The position numbers and the translations under genes were made by a program. Of a DNA stretch of 64,000 bases, positions 38,001 through 46,666 are shown in pieces (positions within the stretch are counted from its first letter, which is position 1; each line of letters begins with the position of its first letter). Origin of the DNA: a virus (Duplodnaviria; Caudoviricetes). A model generated the notes under the pieces. That model was given only the letters and a program-made list of their open reading frames with translations, was not told the DNA's origin and ran no database searches. The stretch is taken from positions 32,001 to 96,000 of IMG/VR virus record IMGVR_UViG_3300028888_000067; one strand, given 5' to 3'.

Positions 38001-38824
38001 CTCGTGTCACACGGCTCACTTATGATTTCCAAAGAGTCGCCCACTGCCAGCTGCATAGTGTTGCTATATCCACTGTTGTTGTCAGTATAGTACAAAGTGT
38101 TGAGTTTGATGAGTTTTCTCGTTCTTGAAACGGAAGCCCCGTTTATGAGTTCTGTCACCGTGTCATTGGTTATGCGGATCACATCAAAGTTGCCTTCATA
38201 TCTTCTGCTTCTCGGCGACAGCTGGACGACTTCTTCATCAAGCACATAACTGATTCCATTCTCGACAATGTCATGCAAGAAGTCAGCATAACTGATGTTT
38301 GAGTTGTTTGTGTACTTGTTGTTGAAGAACTCAGTCTTAGAAAGAGTGTCAGTGTCCAGTATGTATCTTCTCACAAGCACTCGTTCTACATCGATGTTCA
38401 CCTGGTCAGTCAAGTCGATGTTCACACAGAGAAGTGGGTTCATCATGTTCTCGAAGAAGTAGTTGCTCTTTATCTTGAATGTGTTGACTGAATTCATGCG
38501 AGTGACACTTGGCGCTGCAGACGGAAGTCTTGACGCAAGCACTTTGCGGTATGTTCCGTCACTGAGTCTCACTGTGCTGCCACCGCCTCTTATGTTAGCG
38601 ATTGCGTTGATGTTGTTGTTCAGTCTTTCTATTGAATTCTTGAGATACCCGAAACTTGGTATGTTGAATGTGTCATGACTTCCATCAGCATTCTCTACAT
38701 TAAGCGTGACGGATTCAGAATCAGAAGTTATAGCTTCATTTATAGTGCTGAAGCTTTCGATTGAATTGTTGCTTAACATCAAGAGTTTTGAAAGAAGGTC
38801 TGAAAGATTGTTTTTTGACTGCAT
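35030..38824 (-). CDS. Large (1264 aa) late protein with central coiled coil, probably structural
   Basis: Reverse-strand TATAAATA at 38852-38859; Ser/Thr/Asn-rich. Confidence 0.6.
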   Translation of the reverse strand: MQSKNNLSDLLSKLLMLSNNSIESFSTINEAITSDSESVTLNVENADGSHDTFNIPSFGYLKNSIERLNNNINAIANIRGGGSTVRLSDGTYRKVLASRLPSAAPSVTRMNSVNTFKIKSNYFFENMMNPLLCVNIDLTDQVNIDVERVLVRRYILDTDTLSKTEFFNNKYTNNSNISYADFLHDIVENGISYVLDEEVVQLSPRSRRYEGNFDVIRITNDTVTELINGASVSRTRKLIKLNTLYYTDNNSGYSNTMQLAVGDSLEIISEPCDTRYVIKYIDTSTNTVILDLAEGYRAITIGADILRVSSEKSKDVSIDVTVGFNEHCVVFIKPIDEDSNILASEWSPGTGFFTNDLTFTDANGTVTTLQQYYQRSVIDFGAFLLSYANDWYPSSSEGVIPNAPVLESTNFKVVQINKQVTESESMSKIQQLNSEKVSLADQITAQTKAINDLRTKINTTNYVSSAMRSADVATLDTKIKEQESTVNAYSSKVNTIAALSQSSSIASVSPKFRVRGFWEMPAEKSTPATGNQAIIKFKIRYRYLSPDGAANNVEQIGSSVTGSFSNYAIVESVLRERLKDSNGVFYWKPIDINDSDEVNINQLDIPITKGEKVEIQVKSISEAGFPGNPLESEWSEPVIIEFPEEFTADSPVDNILKKNSSDESQLVVDQTLSSKGITNHVSDSFTTNGATFLHTANSIASGFVTDEQAPISLYQKLAEMQTTINQLLDIIGNSTGVMTVTLSDENGNVYELKEDTVNKIYAGSYMTEAGKLTVKKGAIITKNFSLNIANSAQTGLRLLSRIAGSRSVMVKESNRYSLNNATLHPNYPNLNSFDIQDNTYNTLMRYDLVPVNLYAADPDETDGVVSCPNGYQSAQCKNQFINMRFYDVSGDIMLYQRNSSSNDYTGDATTIDENSFYNNEITLPANAQGNGGVSESFVWSGQFDQTTGKPVPCSTSTQTTSTADMFIHIDHPYITNFQEWYSKISEVFNLVPGTDYAPYPSSSISSATNYIQEANKYLFRLPLNTPYTITNNKKNATTMRKTTSATAKNIINLQTPYEYCCIDLDVSSGTAFSKIINPGNSTVQTMTVGLTHKIGYNPEDQYLIGPKTCTSYLYLNPQGHNDIQVDGDSRNSSKVVVGGAQISIPLTFQYRMTDYWGTGESGTGRVLGTAEYSTANKTSLNAIYQANRVGIDIWNNKDNPTSFDIEIYATYTDSASKISPESLIQYTASTMSSAVNASKNQSKSVVGSLTPVDVSIVSQNKKRK

Positions 38825-38851
38825 AAATTTATATGTTATTTTAACATAAAA

Positions 38852-38905
38852 TATTTATATTGTTTTTTATGCAATGCATTCAGACATACATCGTTTTTAT
38901 AAATA
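38852..38905. promoter_or_regulatory. Divergent late promoters
   Basis: TATTTATA 38852-38859 (-); TATAAATA 38898-38905 (+). Confidence 0.7.
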
Positions 38906-38920
38906 ATACAAAAAATTTCT

Positions 38921-39508
38921 GTGAGAAACATAAGTGACATAATCTTTGAGAAGAACAATGTTCTAGACAGCATGCACAAGTTTGACGATGCTGCTAAAAA
39001 TGCTGTGTGGAACTATGTAGCAGGATACACTGTTACAGAGATAAACAAGTGTCTGCGCTCTGGAAGAATGTTCAAGCAGCTTTCTAACGAGTGTTCGCTG
39101 ATTGACAGCATGATGAAGCCGGTGAAAGATGCTGTTCTTTACCGCACGGTTGACTGGGACTATCTGCAGAACATATACAAGCTGAACAAAGACAACATAG
39201 ACAACAGCATCGGCTACACATTTGAAGCAAAAGCATACAGCAGCACGACATTGACCAGACAGAACGTGTGGAGTTCTCGCTGGTACGATCCAGAACTGCT
39301 GCTTGAGATACAAGTGGGAAGAAACACAAAGGGAATACACATAAATGACTTGTTCAAGAGAAATGAGATAGACTGTTATGAGCAGAAAGAAGTCCTTCTG
39401 CAGAGAGACTTGAAATTCGTCATAAATGACTATTACATGATGTCGTCTGACGGGACTACAAAATCTAAAGACAAATCTATTTACTGTATCAATATAGTTT
39501 TAGTTTAG
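38921..39508 (+). CDS. R-S-E clade ADP-ribosyltransferase (VIP2/C3/Alt-like)
   Basis: Y..IN..LR, LYRTV, YSSTT, QKEVLL.R. Confidence 0.85.
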   Translation: MRNISDIIFEKNNVLDSMHKFDDAAKNAVWNYVAGYTVTEINKCLRSGRMFKQLSNECSLIDSMMKPVKDAVLYRTVDWDYLQNIYKLNKDNIDNSIGYTFEAKAYSSTTLTRQNVWSSRWYDPELLLEIQVGRNTKGIHINDLFKRNEIDCYEQKEVLLQRDLKFVINDYYMMSSDGTTKSKDKSIYCINIVLV

Positions 39509-39510
39509 TA

Positions 39511-42500
39511 ATGAAAGAGAATTTAGTGTTGTGCGCAATCGCGAAGTGTGAGAACAGATACATAAAGGAATGGGTGCAATGGCACTTCAACATAGGCTTT
39601 GACAAAATCGTCGTGTATGACAACAATGATGTCAACGGTGAAAAGATATCAGATGCCATAGGTGATGTGCCTTGTGTAGAAATAATAGACTGGAGAGGCA
39701 AGACACAGAAATCATGTGAGACTCAAGTAGCTGCATACAATGACTGCTACAAGAAGCATATGAACTCAAAATGGATAATGTTTCTTGACATTGATGAGTT
39801 TCTAGAATTCAGAGAAGGCATGGACCTCATCAGTTTTCTGGAACAAGACTGGGTGAAGCATGCGAATGACATAAAGTTCCACTGGAAGTGCTATTCGGAC
39901 AATGGCTATGTCAAAGCGCCTTCTGGGCTTGTCACTGAAAACTTCACCAGAGAATGCAAAAACAAAACAGCGGTGAACTGCTATGTGAAGCACATGTACA
40001 GATGCGGGCTTCCAAAACTCAGCATAATGAATGTCCACTACAGCTCATCGCTGACGAATGTGTATTACCAGAATGGCAAGACTGCGCCTTATCTGACGAT
40101 AACAGTAGACAAGAACATAAACCATGATGTTGGCTGGATCCGGCACTATGTGACCAAGTCAATGGAAGAGTTCGTGTTCACCAAATACGCAAGACGCGGG
40201 CCCGGGACTTCAAAGAACCGTCTCAATGTCGATTTCTACTTCAAATACAACACACGCACTCCAGAAAAAGAGCAGCAACTTAGAGAAATGATAAACAAGC
40301 TTGAGCCCCAAAAAGAAGAAACGAAGTCGGCAAAAATAGAAAAGCCAAATAAAGAAGCAAAGACATCATGGGTGATTGAACCATATTACGCAAACAAGTC
40401 ATATCCTGGAAAAAACAGTGAGAAACAGAAAGCAAAAGAAGCTGACTTGTCGAAAAGAGACATAAATGAGCAAGACACATATCCTGGCGGACTTAGTATA
40501 TGCATATCTGCTTGGAATGTTGAAAAGTACATTGAAGAATGCCTTGACTCAATCGTTTCTCAGTCTTGGATAAAGAAACACAGCAACTATGAGATATTGA
40601 TTGGCATTGACCATTGTGAGAAGACTTTAGAAAAGCTGATGTCGATTTCTGACAAATACAAAGACTACAACTTGAAAGTGTTCATGATGGACAAGAATGT
40701 TGGCACATATATCGTGTCTAACACATTGATGAAAGAAGGGAAATACAGATGGCTGATGAGGTTTGACAGTGATGATGTGATGTGTCCGGGCATGATAGAG
40801 AAGACACTTAAGTATGCAGTCAATGAAAGAGTTGATGTGCTGCAGCCTTATGCAATCAATTTTGGCTCACGGACAAACCCGATTTTCACAAATCATGGCT
40901 GTGTGCTCATCAAGAAAGTCGTGTTTGAGAAATTCGGCGGCTATCGTCCGTGGAAATGCGCTGCTGATACTGAACTCATAGTGAGACTTCGCAAATATTC
41001 AGTATGCAGGAAATATGAAAACATAGTGTTCAAACGTAGAGTCCATAGCGAGAATCTCACCTGCCGTAAAGACACCGGAATGAAATCTGACTTGAGACAG
41101 CAATATAAGAAACAGACAGTTGTGCCAGCAACAATTAAACAGGCGACAATAAAACTAGTCACTGAAAGCTTCACAATGGTAAAATTAAATGTTGTTGAAG
41201 AAACACCTGAACCAGAACCTGTTGCAGATGAGGTGGAAATTGATGGCATTAGCATCTGCATAACAGCATATAAGTCTCAAGATTATATTGAAGAATGTCT
41301 TAATAGCGTTGTGGCTCAGACTTGGTTTGAGAAGCATGACAATTGGGAAATTATCGTTGGCATAGATGGCTGTGAAAGAACTCTTTTAAAAATGAAAGAG
41401 ATAATGCATAAATACAAGAATCTTCGTGTATTGATGCTTGATAGAAACAGGGGCACATATGTTACAACTAACACAATTATAAAACAAACAAAATATAATT
41501 GGGTTCTTCGTTTTGATAGTGATGACATAATGAGAAGCTATATGGTAGAAAGCGCTGTTGAAGATACGGTAGGCAATGACTTCATAAGATTTGGATTTAA
41601 GAATTTTGGAGTAGAAAATCCACCTAAAAAGTTTGGAATGGGCTGGGGTGTAGTGTTGCTGAACAAATCAATTCTAAATAAACTTGGCGGATATAAAGAA
41701 TGGAGATGCGGTGGAGATGCTGATATGATTCGTCGTTTTAAATATAGCGGGTGCAAAATATTTGAAGATACCAGGATATTATTTGATAGAAGAATACATG
41801 CTAATTCTTTGACACAGGATGTCAAAACCAACTTTGATAGCGATCTTAGAAAACAGACTTTAGCTGAAGTCAAGTCAACAAATTATTCGCTTTGGTCTAA
41901 TAGAATTGCGAATTTCACAACAGAAAACTTTACAGAAATAACACCTGAAAGTGGAATATGTACAAATATAGTGAATCTTGCTGCAGCATCTGATGCTGAT
42001 ATAGAAGAGTTTTTATACAATAGAGCATACAATAGTAGATTCAAACTTCAAATAGATTTCAAAAATCCAAAAACTGTTCAAGAAAAACTTAATTATTTGA
42101 TGGTGTATGACAATTGCAAGATGCTTAAAGCAAAATGTGCTGACAAGATACTTCTGCATGACTATAGTAGACGAAAGCTCGGAAAAGACATTTGTGTTCC
42201 AATCATAGATGTTTATGACAAGCCTGAAGATATCGATTTTGATAAACTTCCAAATAAGTATGTATTGAAGTGCAATCACGGATATGCAATGAACATAATC
42301 TGTACAGACAACAAAAACAATGAATTTCTAAAAATAAAAAATCGTGAAATAAACACAAGGCAAGACTGCATTGATTTCTTGAACACTTGGCTTGATACTA
42401 ATTTTGGTGACGAATATTATCAATGGCATTATGCATTGATTGAACCAAAATGCTATGCTGAAGTCTTTATGGATGATGGGCACGAATCACTTATGGATTA

Positions 42501-42858
42501 TAAAGTCTGGTGCTGCAATGGTGAGCCAAAAATGATAATGGTAATATCAGACAGATACTCAAACAATTTGCACGAAAACATTTATGATGTAAACTGGAAT
42601 ACATTTGACATAGGCTGGAGCTGTGCGAGACAAGACTTTGACAATTTGGATGAAAAACCAGTACATCTTGATGAAATGCTTGAATATTCTAGAAAACTGT
42701 CAGAGGATTTTGATTTTGTAAGAGTTGATTTCTATGTAATCAATGACAAAATATATCTTGGCGAATTGACATTTTCACCAAATGGCGGTATATTTGGATG
42801 TAAAGACGAAGAAACAAGTCTATATTGGGGTGACATGATAAATATAACAAGTTTTTAA
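39511..42858 (+). CDS. Multidomain glycosyltransferase: GT-A (GT92/GT2-like) + GT2 + GT2 + TupA-like ATP-grasp
   Basis: CAIAKCENRYIKEW..WH...GFD, FLDIDEF; two SICI.A....YIEECL.S..RFDSDD units; NPKTVQEKL, ADK, YVLKCNHG, DYK, FVRVDFY, GELTFSP. Confidence 0.88.
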   Translation: MKENLVLCAIAKCENRYIKEWVQWHFNIGFDKIVVYDNNDVNGEKISDAIGDVPCVEIIDWRGKTQKSCETQVAAYNDCYKKHMNSKWIMFLDIDEFLEFREGMDLISFLEQDWVKHANDIKFHWKCYSDNGYVKAPSGLVTENFTRECKNKTAVNCYVKHMYRCGLPKLSIMNVHYSSSLTNVYYQNGKTAPYLTITVDKNINHDVGWIRHYVTKSMEEFVFTKYARRGPGTSKNRLNVDFYFKYNTRTPEKEQQLREMINKLEPQKEETKSAKIEKPNKEAKTSWVIEPYYANKSYPGKNSEKQKAKEADLSKRDINEQDTYPGGLSICISAWNVEKYIEECLDSIVSQSWIKKHSNYEILIGIDHCEKTLEKLMSISDKYKDYNLKVFMMDKNVGTYIVSNTLMKEGKYRWLMRFDSDDVMCPGMIEKTLKYAVNERVDVLQPYAINFGSRTNPIFTNHGCVLIKKVVFEKFGGYRPWKCAADTELIVRLRKYSVCRKYENIVFKRRVHSENLTCRKDTGMKSDLRQQYKKQTVVPATIKQATIKLVTESFTMVKLNVVEETPEPEPVADEVEIDGISICITAYKSQDYIEECLNSVVAQTWFEKHDNWEIIVGIDGCERTLLKMKEIMHKYKNLRVLMLDRNRGTYVTTNTIIKQTKYNWVLRFDSDDIMRSYMVESAVEDTVGNDFIRFGFKNFGVENPPKKFGMGWGVVLLNKSILNKLGGYKEWRCGGDADMIRRFKYSGCKIFEDTRILFDRRIHANSLTQDVKTNFDSDLRKQTLAEVKSTNYSLWSNRIANFTTENFTEITPESGICTNIVNLAAASDADIEEFLYNRAYNSRFKLQIDFKNPKTVQEKLNYLMVYDNCKMLKAKCADKILLHDYSRRKLGKDICVPIIDVYDKPEDIDFDKLPNKYVLKCNHGYAMNIICTDNKNNEFLKIKNREINTRQDCIDFLNTWLDTNFGDEYYQWHYALIEPKCYAEVFMDDGHESLMDYKVWCCNGEPKMIMVISDRYSNNLHENIYDVNWNTFDIGWSCARQDFDNLDEKPVHLDEMLEYSRKLSEDFDFVRVDFYVINDKIYLGELTFSPNGGIFGCKDEETSLYWGDMINITSF

Positions 42859-43574
42859 TGGACAGAAATAATATTTTAAAGATAGCAAAATATATATGTT
42901 TCCCGTATCGAAACAAGCTGTTTGGAAACAAGTATGACAATATTGAAAGAGATATTCATAGACTGCCTATCATCAAAGACAAAAATATGCTATATTCAAA
43001 GATGCCTGGAAACGAACATCATTATACAACTGAATATACATACAAATATGTTTTGCCACTTGTTGATGAACTTATTGGGTTTGGGTTTGATGAAAGTGAT
43101 TTTCATTTGGTATCATTGGTTTTAGAAACAGGAGATCTGTCATATCTATTTCCTGACAAAGAACCAGAATATACGATAATTTGTTTTAACGATAACGAAA
43201 CCATAAGCGGTGGCTATATGAAGCTATTTAATGAAAACTTTATGAAAAATCCATCGTACAGATTGCTTAACAGGTACAACCACAAGTGTTCAAGAATTGT
43301 TAACCATACAATTAAAAGTGAAAGAAAACTAATGGTTAGCGGTGACTCACAAATGATACCATCTATTGCACCGTTGTCATATTATTTCAAAGAGGTGTGG
43401 TATTTCGACAACAGGACGGGATATATCAAGAATGAAAAGACTGGCGAGTTTGAATTTCACGAAGACAAGTTCGTCTCATTTTCTGAAACATACAAAGATG
43501 TTGATTTCACTGATGTCATTGTGCAGCTTTACTGCAGAGATCTGAAATGGTATGAATATTGGAACTTATATTAA
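42858..43574 (+). CDS. AlgJ/DHHW-like (SGNH-related) protein, paralog 1
   Basis: GNEHHYT, LMVSGDSQ, F.EVWYFDNR. Confidence 0.55.
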   Translation: MDRNNILKIAKYICFPYRNKLFGNKYDNIERDIHRLPIIKDKNMLYSKMPGNEHHYTTEYTYKYVLPLVDELIGFGFDESDFHLVSLVLETGDLSYLFPDKEPEYTIICFNDNETISGGYMKLFNENFMKNPSYRLLNRYNHKCSRIVNHTIKSERKLMVSGDSQMIPSIAPLSYYFKEVWYFDNRTGYIKNEKTGEFEFHEDKFVSFSETYKDVDFTDVIVQLYCRDLKWYEYWNLY

Positions 43575-43592
43575 ATATATTATAACAAATAA

Positions 43593-44861
43593 ATGAAAGA
43601 ATGTAAAATAGCGGTAATAGGGTTAGGCTATGTCGGGCTCCCGCTTGCACGATTGTTCTCAACTAAATACAATGTGATAGGATACGACATAAACGAAAAA
43701 CGAGTGGAAGAACTGAACAAAGGGATTGACTCTACAATGGAAGTAGACAACAAGCTTCTAGAAATAGCAGTCAACACAAAGATGCTTGTCTGCACGACAG
43801 ACAAAGAAGACATTAGAGACTGCAACATCTACATAGTCGCAGTCCCGACGCCTGTTGATGACAAGTACAAGCCTGACTTGACTCCTCTTGTCAAAGCAAG
43901 CGAACTTGTTGGATCTGTCGTGAAGAAGAATGACATTGTCATCTATGAAAGCACGACATTCCCGTGCTGCACAGAAGAAGTGTGCGTGCCTGAAATCGAA
44001 AAAGCAAGTGGACTGAAATTCAACAAAGACTTTTTTGTCGGATATTCGCCTGAAAGAATAAACCCTGGTGACAAAGAGCACACTGTAGAGAAAATAAAGA
44101 AAGTCACATCAGGATCTAACGAGAAGACTGCCACCATAGTAGATGAGCTTTACAATTCTGTTCTTTTAAATGGAACATTCAAAGCTACTTCTATCAAAGT
44201 CGCCGAAGCAAGCAAAATAATCGAAAACACGCAGAGAGACATCAACATCGCGTTTTTCAATGAGCTTGCGAAGATTTTCAACGCAATGGGCATTGACACG
44301 AGTGAAGTCATAGATGCTGCTTCGACGAAATGGAACTTCATAAGACTGCAGCCTGGACTTGTCGGTGGACACTGCATCGGCGTAGACCCGTATTATCTCA
44401 TACAGAAAGCTGAAGACTACAAAGTCAATCCCATACTTATAAAAAGCAGTAGACAGGTGAACGAAGACATGCCAGACTACATATCAGAAAAGATAATCCA
44501 TAACATGAACAGACGCGGCATTCTCGTAAAAGGTGCTAACATACTGCTTATGGGAATCACATTCAAGGAGAACTGCCCTGACATCAGGAACACGAAAGTT
44601 GTTAAAATTTACAAAAAGTTGGCAGAATACACAAGCAACATAACCGTTGTAGACAATTACTGCAACAAGCAGTTCACAAAAGAAGAACTTGGAATTGATG
44701 TTGTAGAAAAGATACCGAACAAGAAATACGATGTAATCATTTTAGCAGTGCCGCATGAAAATTTTGCCAGCATAAATTACAATGAGTTCTTGAATGAAAA
44801 TGGTTTTGTGTACGACATAAAGTCAATCTTGCCAAAAGCTGACAACATAATAAGACTATAA
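43593..44861 (+). CDS. UDP-N-acetylhexosamine 6-dehydrogenase (WbpO/TviB-like)
   Basis: GLGYVGLP, AVPTP, YEST, YSPERINPG, ENTQRDINIA, PGLVGGHCIGVDPYYL, FKENCPDIRN. Confidence 0.93.
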   Translation: MKECKIAVIGLGYVGLPLARLFSTKYNVIGYDINEKRVEELNKGIDSTMEVDNKLLEIAVNTKMLVCTTDKEDIRDCNIYIVAVPTPVDDKYKPDLTPLVKASELVGSVVKKNDIVIYESTTFPCCTEEVCVPEIEKASGLKFNKDFFVGYSPERINPGDKEHTVEKIKKVTSGSNEKTATIVDELYNSVLLNGTFKATSIKVAEASKIIENTQRDINIAFFNELAKIFNAMGIDTSEVIDAASTKWNFIRLQPGLVGGHCIGVDPYYLIQKAEDYKVNPILIKSSRQVNEDMPDYISEKIIHNMNRRGILVKGANILLMGITFKENCPDIRNTKVVKIYKKLAEYTSNITVVDNYCNKQFTKEELGIDVVEKIPNKKYDVIILAVPHENFASINYNEFLNENGFVYDIKSILPKADNIIRL

Positions 44862-44862
44862 T

Positions 44863-45579
44863 ATGAAAAGAAAAGACATACTAGACATAGCCAAATACAT
44901 ATGTTTTCCGTTTCATAACGAAAAGTACAGGGAAAAATACGACAACATTGAAAGAGACGTGCATTTTCTTCCAATCATAAGTGATGACAATGTCCTGTAT
45001 GACAAGATGCCTGGAAACGAACACCATTACATAACAGCGTACACATACACATATGTTCTGCCCTTGCTTGAAAGCTTGCTCCATTTCGGCTTTGACATGA
45101 ATGACTTTGATTTAGTTCCACTCAAACATGAAACTGGAGACATGTCTTATTTGTTTCCAAAAAAAGACGGCAGATTCACTTTGACATGTTTTACAGACAG
45201 TGAAACGGTGCGTGGCACATACAAAGACTTGTTTGAGCCAGTGTTCTTCACTAAACCGTCTTACCGCCCTCTCTACAGATACCACCATAGATGTTCAAGA
45301 GTGATAAATCATTCTGTACACAATGACCGCAAGCTTATGATAAGTGGCGATTCTCAGTCAGTGCCGTCAATAGCTCCACTATGCCATTATTTCAGAGAAG
45401 TGTGGTATTTCGACAACAGGACCGGATACAAGAAGAACCCAGAAACCGGAGAATTCACATTCTACAAAGAAAAGTTCAAGTCATTCTGCGACAAATACAA
45501 GAACACTGTCTTCACTGACAGCATCATACAACTTTATTGCCGGAATCTTTCTTGGTATGAATATTGGAATTTGTATTAA
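44863..45579 (+). CDS. AlgJ/DHHW-like (SGNH-related) protein, paralog 2
   Basis: Same length (238 aa) and collinear with 42858..43574. Confidence 0.55.
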   Translation: MKRKDILDIAKYICFPFHNEKYREKYDNIERDVHFLPIISDDNVLYDKMPGNEHHYITAYTYTYVLPLLESLLHFGFDMNDFDLVPLKHETGDMSYLFPKKDGRFTLTCFTDSETVRGTYKDLFEPVFFTKPSYRPLYRYHHRCSRVINHSVHNDRKLMISGDSQSVPSIAPLCHYFREVWYFDNRTGYKKNPETGEFTFYKEKFKSFCDKYKNTVFTDSIIQLYCRNLSWYEYWNLY

Positions 45580-45591
45580 AATCATGACGGT

Positions 45592-45605
45592 TTTTGTTAT
45601 ATTAA
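45592..45605 (+). promoter_or_regulatory. TTTTGTTATATTAA promoter-like motif
   Basis: Exact 14-mer, 27 nt before ATG 45633. Confidence 0.7.
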
Positions 45606-45632
45606 ATTGTAATGTAAAATTGAAATGTTCAT

Positions 45633-46247
45633 ATGAAACCAGCAACCGTAGACAACTTCGACCTGATTGCCAATTTGCTTCCCGAAAAAGCAGACAGCGA
45701 CATATTTTGGGTTATCCGCATCATCAGCCGCAAGAAGGACAATCCAGATCTTTCAAAGAACAGCAAGTTCCACAAAGCATACACTGTCCAAAGCAGAGAA
45801 GAACTTTTAGACTTGTCGGAAAAAATCATTGAATGCGCTGCTCATAATAGAGCACGAGCATATTTCAACCCCAATGCGAGATCTTGGAAGAAGGTGGCAC
45901 TTGCGACTCTCAAGAAAATAGCAGAATATATCGCGTCTGAAGACTACAAGGCTGTGACTGTCGCAGCAGACAGATGCTTGGATGAGGGCGCTGCTCCGGG
46001 GTACACGAAGATATGGGTGATTGACATTGATGACGAAGAACAGGAGATTGTCGCAAAACGCCGGCTTAAACACATCAAAATACCTGTGATTGCAGAGATT
46101 CCAACTGTACATGGAAAGCATCTGCTAGTCAATCCATTCAACCCAGAAGAACTCAGAAAAACATGGAATGAAGATGTAGAATTTCCAGAAATAAAGAAAA
46201 ACAATCCAACTCTATTGTATTATAACAGACTATGGGATGATGAATAA
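45633..46247 (+). CDS. Conserved phage protein with AEP/primase-like DxD and GxH motifs
   Basis: RKKDN, RAY, WVIDID, PTVHGKH. Confidence 0.45.
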   Translation: MKPATVDNFDLIANLLPEKADSDIFWVIRIISRKKDNPDLSKNSKFHKAYTVQSREELLDLSEKIIECAAHNRARAYFNPNARSWKKVALATLKKIAEYIASEDYKAVTVAADRCLDEGAAPGYTKIWVIDIDDEEQEIVAKRRLKHIKIPVIAEIPTVHGKHLLVNPFNPEELRKTWNEDVEFPEIKKNNPTLLYYNRLWDDE

Positions 46248-46273
46248 TTTGTGCTACACTTAAAATAAATTAT

Positions 46274-46666
46274 ATGAATATTAAAAAAATAATTATTAAA
46301 ATTCACAAAATCTTGAATCCACATTCAGATGACCCCATCACGAAAGAAGAACGGAATCTGATGGTTCTTGTGAAGAAACTATTGTTGAAGCCAGATGCGG
46401 ATCTGATGTTGACGCCACATATGCACAAAGCTTACATTGTTGGCGCGGACAAACAGCTGTTTGTCTGCATTGACTTCAACAACTCATTAGCTTCTGTGAT
46501 AAACCACAAGTTTGGCTACAACATACCGTTTTCACAGCGAGTTTCTATGTTTCTTGACAAGCATTTTTCTGATGAGGTGGAGAAACGGCGGCAAGCGATG
46601 GAAGATGAGTTCAGGAACAATGTGCAGTTTTCACTAGCAACAATAATCAAAAACTTAGACAAATGA
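46274..46666 (+). CDS. Hypothetical protein
   Basis: Operonic ORF. Confidence 0.65.
   Translation: MNIKKIIIKIHKILNPHSDDPITKEERNLMVLVKKLLLKPDADLMLTPHMHKAYIVGADKQLFVCIDFNNSLASVINHKFGYNIPFSQRVSMFLDKHFSDEVEKRRQAMEDEFRNNVQFSLATIIKNLDK

Noticed and set aside
30241-38678. Many short + strand ORFs opposite the two giant genes, and similar antisense ORFs elsewhere
   Set aside because: Fully nested antisense to long genes, with no promoter motif or recognisable protein features.
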